The notes: a model not told the origin generated them from the sequence alone. DNA of 64,000 bases from Promethearchaeota archaeon (GCA_048939995.1 JBHLOY010000011.1:32001-96000), one strand, 5' to 3'; shown: positions 40,276 to 50,322, counted from the first letter of the stretch. Numbers and translations: made by a program.

Positions 40276-40968
40276 TTATATATCTAATAATGAACTATCA
40301 GTAATTTCTCCCTCAAGAGGAGCTTTTCCATCTCCATAAATTTGATATAAGGCTGTTCTTCTAGCACACTCATGGAAACTGCGATATATATCTTTCTTTT
40401 GATCATATAAAGCACAAGTTTCATAGATTATGGGATTCCAGCGATTTAGTTTGTTTTCAAGATTATACCATAGTTTTTCATTTCTTAATATTTGAATAAA
40501 TACGTCTTTATTAATTACTTCTTTAAGATCTTGCTTATTAAGCATTACAATAAATGGAATCTCTTTTATCAACTTATTATCGACGATACTTTTTAATTCT
40601 CTTAGCGATTCTATATTATCCTCAAGATACTTCGTTTGAGAATCAGCAACGTAAATTACAGCATCGGTCTTGTCTTCTGGTCTATTAAACAATTTCTTTC
40701 TAAGGGGAGAAAAACTAGTTTGTCCCGCAACAGTAAAAACTCTGTAATAAACTTTTTTCTGCTTTGTAGATTGGAATAAACCTCTATCGAAGTATAAAGT
40801 TGCTCCACTTTCTCTGGCAATGATTTGTAAATTACCAATTGGAACAATATCTTTTTTTGTTTCTTTTGTTAATTTATAGAGCGTTTGAAGTATTGTGGTT
40901 TTGCCTGAACCTGCCATGCCCCAATAAACAACTTTTAAGCACACTTTCCCATCTTTGTAGAGAACCAT
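40276..40968 (-). CDS. MglA-like small GTPase
   Basis: KVVYWGMAGSGKTT, TLYFD, TVAGQ, NKQD and TCAL. Confidence 0.85.
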   Translation of the reverse strand: MVLYKDGKVCLKVVYWGMAGSGKTTILQTLYKLTKETKKDIVPIGNLQIIARESGATLYFDRGLFQSTKQKKVYYRVFTVAGQTSFSPLRKKLFNRPEDKTDAVIYVADSQTKYLEDNIESLRELKSIVDNKLIKEIPFIVMLNKQDLKEVINKDVFIQILRNEKLWYNLENKLNRWNPIIYETCALYDQKKDIYRSFHECARRTALYQIYGDGKAPLEGEITDSSLLDI

Positions 40969-41239
40969 AGTAAAATATCCTGGTTGCTATCGCCTTAGTT
41001 TTGGATTTATAATTAGTATTTTATATAATGATGTTTGTAAAAAAAATTTCTTAAATAATAAATATTATCTTTTTTATTGCTGTACACAGTGCCAGTTAAA
41101 TAATTTAAGTTATAACCGTTTGAAATTAAATAATATTAACCTACTTAATTACAAAATTTAATCCAATAATTTTTTTAGTATGAACTATGATTAAACCATA
41201 GCTAAAGAAAAACAAATTTAAATAACTTTTATTCATATC

Positions 41240-41761
41240 ATGGACGAATATTCAGATGCAGAATGGAACTGGGATTTCTATAAAGAACTTTCTGAAGACG
41301 TCGACGAAAATAAAAATTTAATCCAATGCATTAGCTGTGGAAAATGTGTAGGGGACTGCCCAGCAGCTAAAGTTTCTAATTTCAATATTAGAAAAATTAT
41401 TCAAAAAGTTCTACGAGGAGATAAAAGTGTTCTTATGGATTCGGATATTTGGTACTGCTATTTATGTGAACGATGTAAAAGAGTGTGCCCGAGAGAAGGA
41501 ATTAACATACCAATGCTTATTATAAATCTAAGGAATGAATCATTCAAAAAGGGGTTTGGTCCTAAATATAATGATCTGCGAAAATATGTTGAAATGGCTG
41601 AGAGATTCCTTACAAGTGGAGTTGTCTTAGAAGAACCATTAGGAGAAAAATTACCGAAGCAAAGAATCGATGAATTAAATGAAATATGTAATTTTGCTCG
41701 TATAAAGTATGTGTTTAAAGCAAGTAAAAATAAAGGAAAAAAAGGAAAGAAAATAAAATAA
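41240..41761 (+). CDS. hdrC: Heterodisulfide reductase subunit C-like
   Basis: CISCGKCVGDCP and CYLCERCKRVCP; adjacent to hdrB. Confidence 0.85.
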   Translation: MDEYSDAEWNWDFYKELSEDVDENKNLIQCISCGKCVGDCPAAKVSNFNIRKIIQKVLRGDKSVLMDSDIWYCYLCERCKRVCPREGINIPMLIINLRNESFKKGFGPKYNDLRKYVEMAERFLTSGVVLEEPLGEKLPKQRIDELNEICNFARIKYVFKASKNKGKKGKKIK

Positions 41762-41785
41762 ATCAAACAAAGTAGATAACTAATT

Positions 41786-42799
41786 ATGGAAACATATGAT
41801 CTAGTACTCAATGTTGAAGAAATTGAACAGAAATTTCCAGAGAATCCCATAGATTTCTTTAAAGGCAAGCGGATGTGTCTATTTAAAGCATGTTTAGAGA
41901 AATATTTTCCGGGGGTAAGGTGGGGTATTCAAGATCTACTTGAGTTTTTTCAACTGGATATATCTACTTGTAAAAACCAATCTTGTTGCACTGGAACCTT
42001 TTTTCAAAGAAATCTAATAACCAGAGCCCAATTTGCTGCCATAAACGAGCGAAATTTAAATGAAATCAATCAACAAGCAGATATTTTGCTTTTCTCATGT
42101 AATGGATGCTATAATTCTCTCTTGAGAGGAAGGGAATTTTTACAATCGCCTCAAGTCAGGAATAAAACTCAAGAAATCTTAGATCAACTAAAGAAGAACT
42201 CAAGAGGAGATAATTATCCCGGTAAATACGATATTCTAGAGAATCCAAATCTTAGATTCATCCATGATTTAGATTTACTCTATTTGATAAGAAATGATGT
42301 TGTAAATTCATTAAAATTTGATTTGAGTGGACTTAATGTTGCTATTCATTATGGGTGTCATTACCTAAACTTATCTCGTGATAAAAGAACATTTAATCAC
42401 TATTTAAAAGATAAAACCAAAATAGAGGAATTAATCAACCTCTTTGGTGGTAATCCTGTTGATTACCAAGAAAGAGAGGCTTGTTGTGGATGGGGTGCAT
42501 CCCAATTATTGATAAATCCCCGTGAAGCATTGAAAGTTACTGCTAATAAATTGAAAAGTGCTCAAAATGTTGGTGCTGACTTTATCGTAATGCCATGCCC
42601 AACTTGTTTATACACTTTAAGTAAACCTGAGTATAGAGAAAAAATGAATAAATGGTTTAATGAAAAATTAGATATTCCTACTATTCACATTAATGAATTA
42701 ATTGCAATTTTACGAGGTTGTGAAGAAGAACGTTGTATTACTTTGCGAAGAAAAACGCCACGATTAGAAGAAATATTCAATATAATAACTCAACAATAG
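41786..42799 (+). CDS. hdrB: Heterodisulfide reductase subunit B-like (two CCG domains)
   Basis: QSCCTG, SCNGC, HYGCH, ACCGWG and PCPTC. Confidence 0.87.
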   Translation: METYDLVLNVEEIEQKFPENPIDFFKGKRMCLFKACLEKYFPGVRWGIQDLLEFFQLDISTCKNQSCCTGTFFQRNLITRAQFAAINERNLNEINQQADILLFSCNGCYNSLLRGREFLQSPQVRNKTQEILDQLKKNSRGDNYPGKYDILENPNLRFIHDLDLLYLIRNDVVNSLKFDLSGLNVAIHYGCHYLNLSRDKRTFNHYLKDKTKIEELINLFGGNPVDYQEREACCGWGASQLLINPREALKVTANKLKSAQNVGADFIVMPCPTCLYTLSKPEYREKMNKWFNEKLDIPTIHINELIAILRGCEEERCITLRRKTPRLEEIFNIITQQ

Positions 42800-42809
42800 A
42801 TTAAAAGTT

Positions 42810-42845
42810 TGAAAAAAGTGGAATTTTACATTTCCACTTTTTTCA
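42810..42845 (+). terminator. Hairpin / putative terminator after hdrB
   Basis: 14-bp inverted repeat TGAAAAAAGTGGAA / TTCCACTTTTTTCA with an 8-nt loop, 10 nt after the stop codon. Confidence 0.65.
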
Positions 42846-43214
42846 TCTTTGTAAAAAACAAATTGGCTACCTTAAGATCGTTTTCATAAATATAAACATT
42901 TGCTTTGAGAAAATTGTATTATTTTACATAAAAACTGTATTGCTTTCTTTTGATTACATACATCAACACAAACTTTTCTTAATAAAATTGTTTTGTTTAC
43001 TTAATTATGTTATGCTCCTGAATTTTTACCCCAACAGAATTCTCTTTTTTACCACAAGAAATAAACCAAATTTCACACAAATTCCTTAAGATAATCTGGG
43101 ATGAATACCCTATTTTTCCTACTTTTCCTAGGAAATAGTAAATTTTATATATTAAAATATAGTTAATTATTAAATATTGCTAGGATATATCTTTTGATTA
43201 ATCTTGGTGATATA

Positions 43215-43255
43215 TGAAATGTTGCAGAGTGGTACGCCACGGAATTAACATTTCA
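43215..43255 (+). promoter_or_regulatory. Structured 5'-leader element upstream of the first peptidase gene
   Basis: Outer stem TGAAATGTT/AACATTTCA and inner stem GTGG-TACG-CCAC with a UNCG-type loop. Confidence 0.5.
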
Positions 43256-43335
43256 AATCTTAAAGAAACTAATAACTAAATAAAATCTAACAACAAAGTT
43301 AAAATAATTAAAAAACAAATTGGCGAAAAAAAATA

Positions 43336-45471
43336 ATGAGAAATATAAAAAAAACTCCGATTCTCATTCTCTTCTTAATGATTTCCTCGTTTGCAATGGG
43401 ATTCTTAGGATTTGTTATTATTACTTCCAGTAAAACAACTCCTTTTGATACAGAGGCTATTGATTTAGGATATAAAATAAGAGACGCTCATTATGGGTTA
43501 GATACTAACTTGGAATCACTCCCAACCGGGGTAAATCTTCCAAAATCATCTCCTAGTCCATACTATGATATTGGAGCTGTGCTTCCCTGGGTTGCTTTAA
43601 ATGATTATGAAGGATATTATTACTTAACCTATTTCGAGTTAAGAGCAATTGGTACTACTGCTGAAGTCTGGGTTGCCACCAATCTACTTTATCCAGCAGG
43701 TGATCCTAGGAATGATCCTTGGTATACAGAAGATGATCGATATTATTACCCTGAAGTTACTGATGAGGCTATTCTCTATCTATTAGGTGAATTTGAGAAT
43801 AATATTATGCCTACCCTGCATTCTGTATATGGAGAAGCAGATTTTCATGATGGAAGCAATGCTGGATTATCTTACGATTATTATGAAGAAACAGGTAGAA
43901 GTGTCATTCTCGTTTCTAATATTCGAGATACTGCTTACTATAATGATTGGTATCCTTATTTCATAGCTGGATTCTTCTCAAGTAGTATTGAAGGTTGGAC
44001 TGATAGAAATGTTATTTCCATTGATTCTCATCAATGGTATAGACGAACCGGTCCTGAAGGTACAGAATGGTATTCCGAAGTAAGGGATCAATTTGATCCT
44101 CCAGTTGATCGTCCATACATGTATGAAACTCTTATTGCCCATGAATATCAACATTTACTTCACCGTGATTACAATCCAAATGATCCAAGCTTTATGAATG
44201 AGGCTTGTTCACTGTATGCAGAAACTCTTGTCGGTTACCCATGGGAAACCGGTGATATTGAAAGTTACTTAGCCACTCCTGATAATTCTTTAATAGAATG
44301 GGGTGATCAAGGGGATATTAATATCTTAGCAGACTATGGTGCTTCTTTCTTATGGGCACTTTACTTAAGTGACCATTTTGGAGGTGTTGACTTTATAGGT
44401 CATTTTGTTCAAGCAGGAATTCCAGGAATTGATGGTGTAAATGCAGCATTAGCTCATTTCAATATTCAAATGGATTTCAATGATGTTTACCACGATTGGA
44501 GAATTGCGAACTTGATTCATTCGGATGTACCGGGTGGTGGAAGATATAATTATGAATCCGTGGATTTAGGAGCTTTAGACCAACAAGCAAGAGTCTATTG
44601 GGCTGATGGTGAAGATCGTGGAACCGATTTTGGAAATACCATTACTATTCTTGGTTACGATACGTTAGAATCAAGGATGAGAACATATGGTACAGATTAT
44701 ATTGGATTTAATGATCTGAGAAAATTAAGTCTATTTCTGTTCAATGGAGATGATTATGCCACCTTTGTAGAGGCCGGTTGGGAATATGTTGAGCCATATT
44801 GGTATTCTGGAACAGGAGATCTTTTAAATACATTAATTGGTACTGAAGTATATGTTGATCCTGCCGATCCTACTTTAGAGTTAACAACCTATTGGGACAT
44901 TGAAGATTTCTGGGATTTCGGATTTGTACAGGTTGCAGATGATGGTTTAGGTGCTTGGGAATCCGAATGGACTTCATTGGCAAATGAATATACTACAATG
45001 GATCACGATCCTGCTGCTCATCCGGATATAGTAGCGAACTTACCAGGGCTTACAAGCTGGAGTGGTTTCTTACCTGAAGGTCCATGGGTTACTATGACTT
45101 TTGATTTATCTGCTTGGGCAGGTCAAACCATTCATCTTGGCTTCCGTTATATGACTGATTGGGCATTTACCTATGAGGGTTGGTATCTTGAGAACGTTAT
45201 GGTAAGTGGAGTAGAATATATTGGTTCACTAGAAGTTCTATTGCCAACTGTCCCCCTAAGTTTCATGGTTACTATAGTAGAAGAAAGAACTTTACCAAAT
45301 GGTAAGACCTTTTATCACATAGATGATGTCCGAATATGGGATGGTTGCAACTTTGGTATGGATCTTGCGGTTATTTCTAAGAAAGAAGTAGCATATCTAT
45401 TAATAACCCCCATTATGGAGACGGGCTTCGCAGATTACTGGTTCAATGCCTATAGTCATAAATGGTGTTAA
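43336..45471 (+). CDS. Secreted zinc metallopeptidase (M6 immune-inhibitor-A / M30-like), paralog 1
   Basis: N-terminal signal/TM segment, AHEYQH...MNE zinc motif and C-terminal WDFGFVQV...FRYMTD beta domain. Confidence 0.82.
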   Translation: MRNIKKTPILILFLMISSFAMGFLGFVIITSSKTTPFDTEAIDLGYKIRDAHYGLDTNLESLPTGVNLPKSSPSPYYDIGAVLPWVALNDYEGYYYLTYFELRAIGTTAEVWVATNLLYPAGDPRNDPWYTEDDRYYYPEVTDEAILYLLGEFENNIMPTLHSVYGEADFHDGSNAGLSYDYYEETGRSVILVSNIRDTAYYNDWYPYFIAGFFSSSIEGWTDRNVISIDSHQWYRRTGPEGTEWYSEVRDQFDPPVDRPYMYETLIAHEYQHLLHRDYNPNDPSFMNEACSLYAETLVGYPWETGDIESYLATPDNSLIEWGDQGDINILADYGASFLWALYLSDHFGGVDFIGHFVQAGIPGIDGVNAALAHFNIQMDFNDVYHDWRIANLIHSDVPGGGRYNYESVDLGALDQQARVYWADGEDRGTDFGNTITILGYDTLESRMRTYGTDYIGFNDLRKLSLFLFNGDDYATFVEAGWEYVEPYWYSGTGDLLNTLIGTEVYVDPADPTLELTTYWDIEDFWDFGFVQVADDGLGAWESEWTSLANEYTTMDHDPAAHPDIVANLPGLTSWSGFLPEGPWVTMTFDLSAWAGQTIHLGFRYMTDWAFTYEGWYLENVMVSGVEYIGSLEVLLPTVPLSFMVTIVEERTLPNGKTFYHIDDVRIWDGCNFGMDLAVISKKEVAYLLITPIMETGFADYWFNAYSHKWC

Positions 45472-45591
45472 TTAAATCAATATTCAATTAAATTCTTTTT
45501 TTTTATTTTATATTTTTTCAATATGAGCATTAATAAGGTTTAGTAGATTATTTTTTATATTTTAGAGCTTTTATTTGATTTTCGAGTTTCT

Positions 45592-46500
45592 ATGAATGGT
45601 AGTACAGAAAATAACAAATCTTATAAGAACATTTTAGCTAATATCCTTCTGGTTTTAACAACTGTACTATGGGGTACTACGTTTATAATTACTAAAACTC
45701 TTACCCAAGAGATTCCAATTTTTTTATATCTTGGTTTAAGATATTTAATTGGAACAATTGGTTTCATTCCCTTATTTTTTCATTTTAAATTCATTAATAA
45801 AAAAATCATATTTTTGGGGATTTTAACTGGTTTTATTTATTTTCTTTCAATGGTGTTTCAAACATATGGACTTCAGACTACTACCGCAGGTAAGGCAGGT
45901 TTCATTACAGGACTCAGCACAATAATGGTTCCATTTTTAACATGGTTGATATATAAAAAACGAGTGAATTTCCGAATTTGGATTGGAGTAGCTTTATCTG
46001 TGGGAGGTATGGCTTTTCTATTATTGGAAACTGAATCAGGGATGCTAATAGGGGATTTATTAGTGTTAGTATGTGCTGTTTTTTGTGCACTTTTTATCAT
46101 ATTCAATGATAAGAATGTTCAAATTGTTGATGTATATCTTTATACAATTTTACAGTTAATAACTTTAACATTATTATGTTTTTTATCGTCATTATTACTC
46201 GGTGAATCATATAATCTATTATCATTTCAGTTGGATTTCTGGCTTATAATAGTTTATATGGGAATTGGAGCAACTAGTTTAACATTTATTTTCCAGAATT
46301 GGAGTCAAAAGTACCAAGGCCCTTCTCAAACAGCAATTATTTTTACTCTTGAACCTGTATTTGCAGCCCTATTCGGAGTCCTACTTGGAAATGAGATATT
46401 AAGCATCTTAAAGTGGATAGGAATGATTATGATTTTTACAGCAATTCTAATTACTGTAATTAAAGTTAATAATAAAAAAACTGGGACGAAATTGAAATAG
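45592..46500 (+). CDS. EamA/DMT family transporter
   Basis: LWGTTF, GLQTTTAGKAGFI, GDLL and IFTLEPVFA; 10 TM segments. Confidence 0.9.
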   Translation: MNGSTENNKSYKNILANILLVLTTVLWGTTFIITKTLTQEIPIFLYLGLRYLIGTIGFIPLFFHFKFINKKIIFLGILTGFIYFLSMVFQTYGLQTTTAGKAGFITGLSTIMVPFLTWLIYKKRVNFRIWIGVALSVGGMAFLLLETESGMLIGDLLVLVCAVFCALFIIFNDKNVQIVDVYLYTILQLITLTLLCFLSSLLLGESYNLLSFQLDFWLIIVYMGIGATSLTFIFQNWSQKYQGPSQTAIIFTLEPVFAALFGVLLGNEILSILKWIGMIMIFTAILITVIKVNNKKTGTKLK

Positions 46501-46732
46501 AATAATATAAATATATGTTTAGAAATTAAAACTTAATTGTTTTAAATAATTTTTAAGCATAAGTTGTTGTCAATATCTCGACTTTCTTTTGATAACGTAA
46601 ATTTATTAATGTTTAACCTATGTAATAAACATTACATAAGTGTTAATATCGTTTAACACTTTTTTGTAGAAAAATATGATAAGAATATAAGTAGCTTTCA
46701 ATCAAATCTTAATTCACATACTTCCAACAGCA

Positions 46733-46888
46733 ATGCAAAAACTAAAGGGAAAAGGTTTGAACATCTGCAGTAAATGTGGTAACGTTATGGTCACCAGGAT
46801 CGTAAAAAGAGGGGCAAATCCTAAAAGTGGAGAGTTAGAGAAGATCCTTCAATGTATAGTCTGTAAACATTGGGTAGATATTGACTAA
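46733..46888 (+). CDS. 51-aa C4 zinc-ribbon microprotein (not in the ORF track)
   Basis: MQKLKGKGLNICSKCGNVMVTRIVKRGANPKSGELEKILQCIVCKHWVDID*; two CxxC pairs. Confidence 0.7.
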   Translation: MQKLKGKGLNICSKCGNVMVTRIVKRGANPKSGELEKILQCIVCKHWVDID

Positions 46889-46949
46889 TCCTCAAGTAGT
46901 ATTTTAAAATTTAAATTATTTGTTTATTCTAAACATTATTAATTTTGAA

Positions 46950-47133
46950 ATGAAGTTTTGTTATCACATAAAAATGAAGAAGTAGAAGGGAACGATCGTT
47001 TGAGCAAAAAACAAAATCAGGGAGAGAATTAAACTCAAAGAGTTTAATAGAGGGCGAAATCCAATGTTAGCTCAAATTATCGTATTAAATTCCCTTCCCA
47101 ATGAGTAATGTGATTTCATCTTTAAAAATTCAT
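46950..47133. ncRNA. Candidate structured non-coding RNA or long imperfect inverted-repeat element
   Basis: Nested complementary blocks: 46963-69/47108-14, 46985-92/47090-97, 46992-96/47079-83, 46999-47005/47070-76, and the 9-bp hairpin at 47028-48. Confidence 0.45.
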
Positions 47134-47287
47134 GTATTATAAAATAAAGGATTCTTAACATTTTGACTCTAATTGAAATCTTCTTTTTTTAATGAATCCG
47201 TATCTTTTATATCTGAGAAAAATAAAAATATTATAAAACTTATAAGTTTTCAAATCTAGTCCTCAAATACACATTTTAACGAAGGCT

Positions 47288-47313
47288 TCTTGAAATCACA
47301 TGAAATTTCAAGA
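47288..47313 (+). promoter_or_regulatory. Inverted repeat upstream of the second peptidase gene
   Basis: TCTTGAAAT-N8-ATTTCAAGA. Confidence 0.45.
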
Positions 47314-47410
47314 CTTTCATTTTGTGTCCAAAACAAACAATATTTATATAAAAAGAATTAAATTTTTGAATACAAAAAAGAAAAAGTGTAAAAAAAAAGA
47401 GATGTAAAAA

Positions 47411-49420
47411 ATGAGAAAAAAATCGATAATCTTAATACTAGTAAGCTTTATGTTTTTAAACTTTGGAGCATTTGGACTAATGTTTCTTCCTGTTTCTGGT
47501 AAACCTATCGAATTTCCTGAATATCAACCAATTGATATTGGATATGAAATAAGAAATTCTGATCTCCCTTTAGAAATGGGTGATCTACTCTTAACAAATT
47601 CTTTAAGTACTGCAGCTACTGAAGCAGATATCGGGACTCAAAGGCTATATGTTTCAATTAACTATTATTATGGCTATTACTTTACGACTTGGATGGAATT
47701 AATGGCGGTAGGAGAAGAAGCCGAAATTTGGGTACAGACTGATCTATCTTGGCCTGAAGGAGATCCAAGACCAACTCCAGTAATAACAAGTGAACAGTGT
47801 GAATATCTTGCAGATGAATTTGATTCAGTAATTTATCCGTTGACCACAAGTTATTTTGGAATGCCAGATTATAAGGAAGGATGGGATTCACCATATTCAC
47901 ATATGGTCGGAGCCCCTCCAGATTATACTTATGATCCTGAAGGTAAAAGCGTTGTATTAGTATCGAATATTAGAGACGATAACTATTACGATTATACCTA
48001 CCCATATTTTGTGATTGGTGTTTATAGCCCCACAATTGAAGGTTGGTTTGATAGAAATGTAGTATCTCTTGATGGAAATAATTGGCAAAATTACTTAGCT
48101 GGACCTGGAGGCCAATATGAAGGAACACTTGCACATGAATATCAACACCTTATTCATGATGATTATCAAGCAATAAAAACACCTTTCATGAATGAAGGAT
48201 GTTCAATGTTCGCCGAACTTCTATGTGGCTATCCTACAGCTTGGAATGACATTAATAGCTTTCTCGCAACTCCAGACAATTCCCTTACTGAATGGGGAGA
48301 TCAAGGTGGGATAAATGCCTTAGCCGATTATGGTCAGGCGTTACTCTGGGCAACTTATTTAGTTGATAATTATGGAGATGAATTCTTAAAAAATTATGTT
48401 CAAAATGGAATTACTGGTGTTCCCGGCGTCGAAGCTTTACTTCCTGCAGGTGTGAGTTTTGATGATGTATATCGTGATTGGACATTGGCAAACTTTATGC
48501 GAACAGGTTATACACGTATTGATTTTAATGATAAAGCAGCTAATGATGTAAGAGTCTATGAAGTTAAGGATAAATGGCCAACAGATGTTTATGGAACTGA
48601 TTTTGGTGATACTATCACAATATTGGGCTATAACACCGGTGTGTCTATGGTTGGCTCATATGGAACAGATTATATCCTCCTAAGTAAACTAAAATGGCAA
48701 TATTCATCTGAATTATGGTTTAATGGAGAAGATACAGCTTGGCAACCACATTGGGACAAAGATGGTACAGCTTGGTATTCTGGTTCCTCTACCTCTGAAA
48801 GTGCTTTAAACCTCTTTTTTGATTTCGATGCAACGGGAGTTTCAGCCTTAACATTTGATACACAATATATAATCGAGACAGGTTGGGATTTTGGAGCTAT
48901 TCAGATTTCTACTGATGGAGGTATGACATGGACTTCATTATCAAATGAATATACAACCTCTGACCACCAAGGTACACACCCAGATATTATTCCAAACCTT
49001 CCAGGATTAACAGGTAGAAGCGATGGCTGGATACCCATGAGCTTTGAGTTATCTGCATATTCAGGACCAGCAATCATTCGTTTCCGGTATATGACCGATT
49101 GGGGTACTGAATGGGATGGCTGGTGGATTGATAACGTCGCTCTCGATGGAGATCTTGTAGAAGAAGGTGATTTTTATACAGATTATAATCCACCCTTGAC
49201 CAGCTTTATTGTAAGTGTTCTAAGACAGGATTTCTGGGACGGTGATTATTATTATAATTTAATAGCTGAGTTCGATGTATCCGGACCTAATGAATTTGTC
49301 TTAGATTTAGCAAATTTCCTTTCATCTCCAGGCAAAGATCTTAGATACCCTGATGTTGTGTTAGCTATAACTCCTCGAGTTGGAATAGCAGATTATTCAT
49401 TCTCTGTAGTTCGTACATAA
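47411..49420 (+). CDS. Secreted zinc metallopeptidase (M6/M30-like), paralog 2
   Basis: Signal peptide, AHEYQH...MNEG and WDFGAIQI...FRYMTD; collinear with 43336-45471. Confidence 0.82.
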   Translation: MRKKSIILILVSFMFLNFGAFGLMFLPVSGKPIEFPEYQPIDIGYEIRNSDLPLEMGDLLLTNSLSTAATEADIGTQRLYVSINYYYGYYFTTWMELMAVGEEAEIWVQTDLSWPEGDPRPTPVITSEQCEYLADEFDSVIYPLTTSYFGMPDYKEGWDSPYSHMVGAPPDYTYDPEGKSVVLVSNIRDDNYYDYTYPYFVIGVYSPTIEGWFDRNVVSLDGNNWQNYLAGPGGQYEGTLAHEYQHLIHDDYQAIKTPFMNEGCSMFAELLCGYPTAWNDINSFLATPDNSLTEWGDQGGINALADYGQALLWATYLVDNYGDEFLKNYVQNGITGVPGVEALLPAGVSFDDVYRDWTLANFMRTGYTRIDFNDKAANDVRVYEVKDKWPTDVYGTDFGDTITILGYNTGVSMVGSYGTDYILLSKLKWQYSSELWFNGEDTAWQPHWDKDGTAWYSGSSTSESALNLFFDFDATGVSALTFDTQYIIETGWDFGAIQISTDGGMTWTSLSNEYTTSDHQGTHPDIIPNLPGLTGRSDGWIPMSFELSAYSGPAIIRFRYMTDWGTEWDGWWIDNVALDGDLVEEGDFYTDYNPPLTSFIVSVLRQDFWDGDYYYNLIAEFDVSGPNEFVLDLANFLSSPGKDLRYPDVVLAITPRVGIADYSFSVVRT

Positions 49421-49462
49421 TAATGGAGAAAAAGTATAAATTAAAATCCTTAAATTTTTTTT

Positions 49463-50272
49463 TTAATCTATCATTTTAGTAATTTTTAACTTTAAATTAT
49501 CTTCAGCAGCAATGACATTTTTAATTCTCGTATTCTTTTTCAATTTCTCAACTTGACTTGGTATAAAATTCTTTAATGAAATCTGAGAATCCATGTATGC
49601 TCCAAAATGTGTAATTATTAAAGCATTTAAAGTAGGTTTTATATGGTTGAGATATGGAATTACTTCATCAGTACATAGATGTCGTCGACACTTAATTGAA
49701 TCGGGTCTTAATAAGTTTAAGATAAGTATATTTACTCCGTTGAATTGCTCTGAAAACCCATCGAATACCATAGTATCACTCGTAAATGCTATAGAGTAAT
49801 CCTCAAGGTTAAACCTAATACCAAATCCCTCCATTTCAGGAGAGTGAATAACTTTAGTTCCTATTATCTCAGCATTCTTATATATAAGGCTCTCTCCAAT
49901 CTTAAATGGAATTACTTTTTCCAACATATTGATATGATATTCAGAGATAAACTTTAAAACCTCTTTGGTTGTTATTAAGGTACCTTTCTTATAATAATTA
50001 TAATGCTTATCATGTAAAACTTCCCGTGAACTTTCTATAAGAGCTGCTAAATCATTATAATGATCAACGTGTGGATGAGTTACGATAAACAAATCTGTCT
50101 TGGTTGGATCTTCACCATACTGGTTAATTCGGACAATGGCACCAGGACCAGGATCTATGTGAGCTTGAGATCGGTTAAATTTGTATAGAATGCCACCTGT
50201 AGCTCTATACTGAGTTCTAATATGATGTCTCCCTCCTCCAGAGCCAAGAATAACTAATTCATCATCCATCAT
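49463..50272 (-). CDS. MBL-fold metallo-hydrolase (PhnP/RNase Z-like)
   Basis: LGSGGG, IDPGPG, THPHVDH, TSDT, RHL and THFG. Confidence 0.85.
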   Translation of the reverse strand: MMDDELVILGSGGGRHHIRTQYRATGGILYKFNRSQAHIDPGPGAIVRINQYGEDPTKTDLFIVTHPHVDHYNDLAALIESSREVLHDKHYNYYKKGTLITTKEVLKFISEYHINMLEKVIPFKIGESLIYKNAEIIGTKVIHSPEMEGFGIRFNLEDYSIAFTSDTMVFDGFSEQFNGVNILILNLLRPDSIKCRRHLCTDEVIPYLNHIKPTLNALIITHFGAYMDSQISLKNFIPSQVEKLKKNTRIKNVIAAEDNLKLKITKMID

Positions 50273-50322
50273 GTTTAAAGTATAGAATCAGATTAATTAT
50301 GAGAATAAATTAATAGTATAAT

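Noticed and set aside
43214-43279. 21-aa leader peptide MKCCRVVRHGINISNLKETNN
   Set aside because: Only 3 nt separate GGTGA from the ATG, and the sequence is better explained as an RNA hairpin. It cannot be fully excluded.
46985-47097. Assignment to a cobalamin, glycine or FMN riboswitch
   Set aside because: Only fragments (AGGGAA, GGAGAG, GCGAAATCC) resemble these families; the conserved cores and their order are missing.
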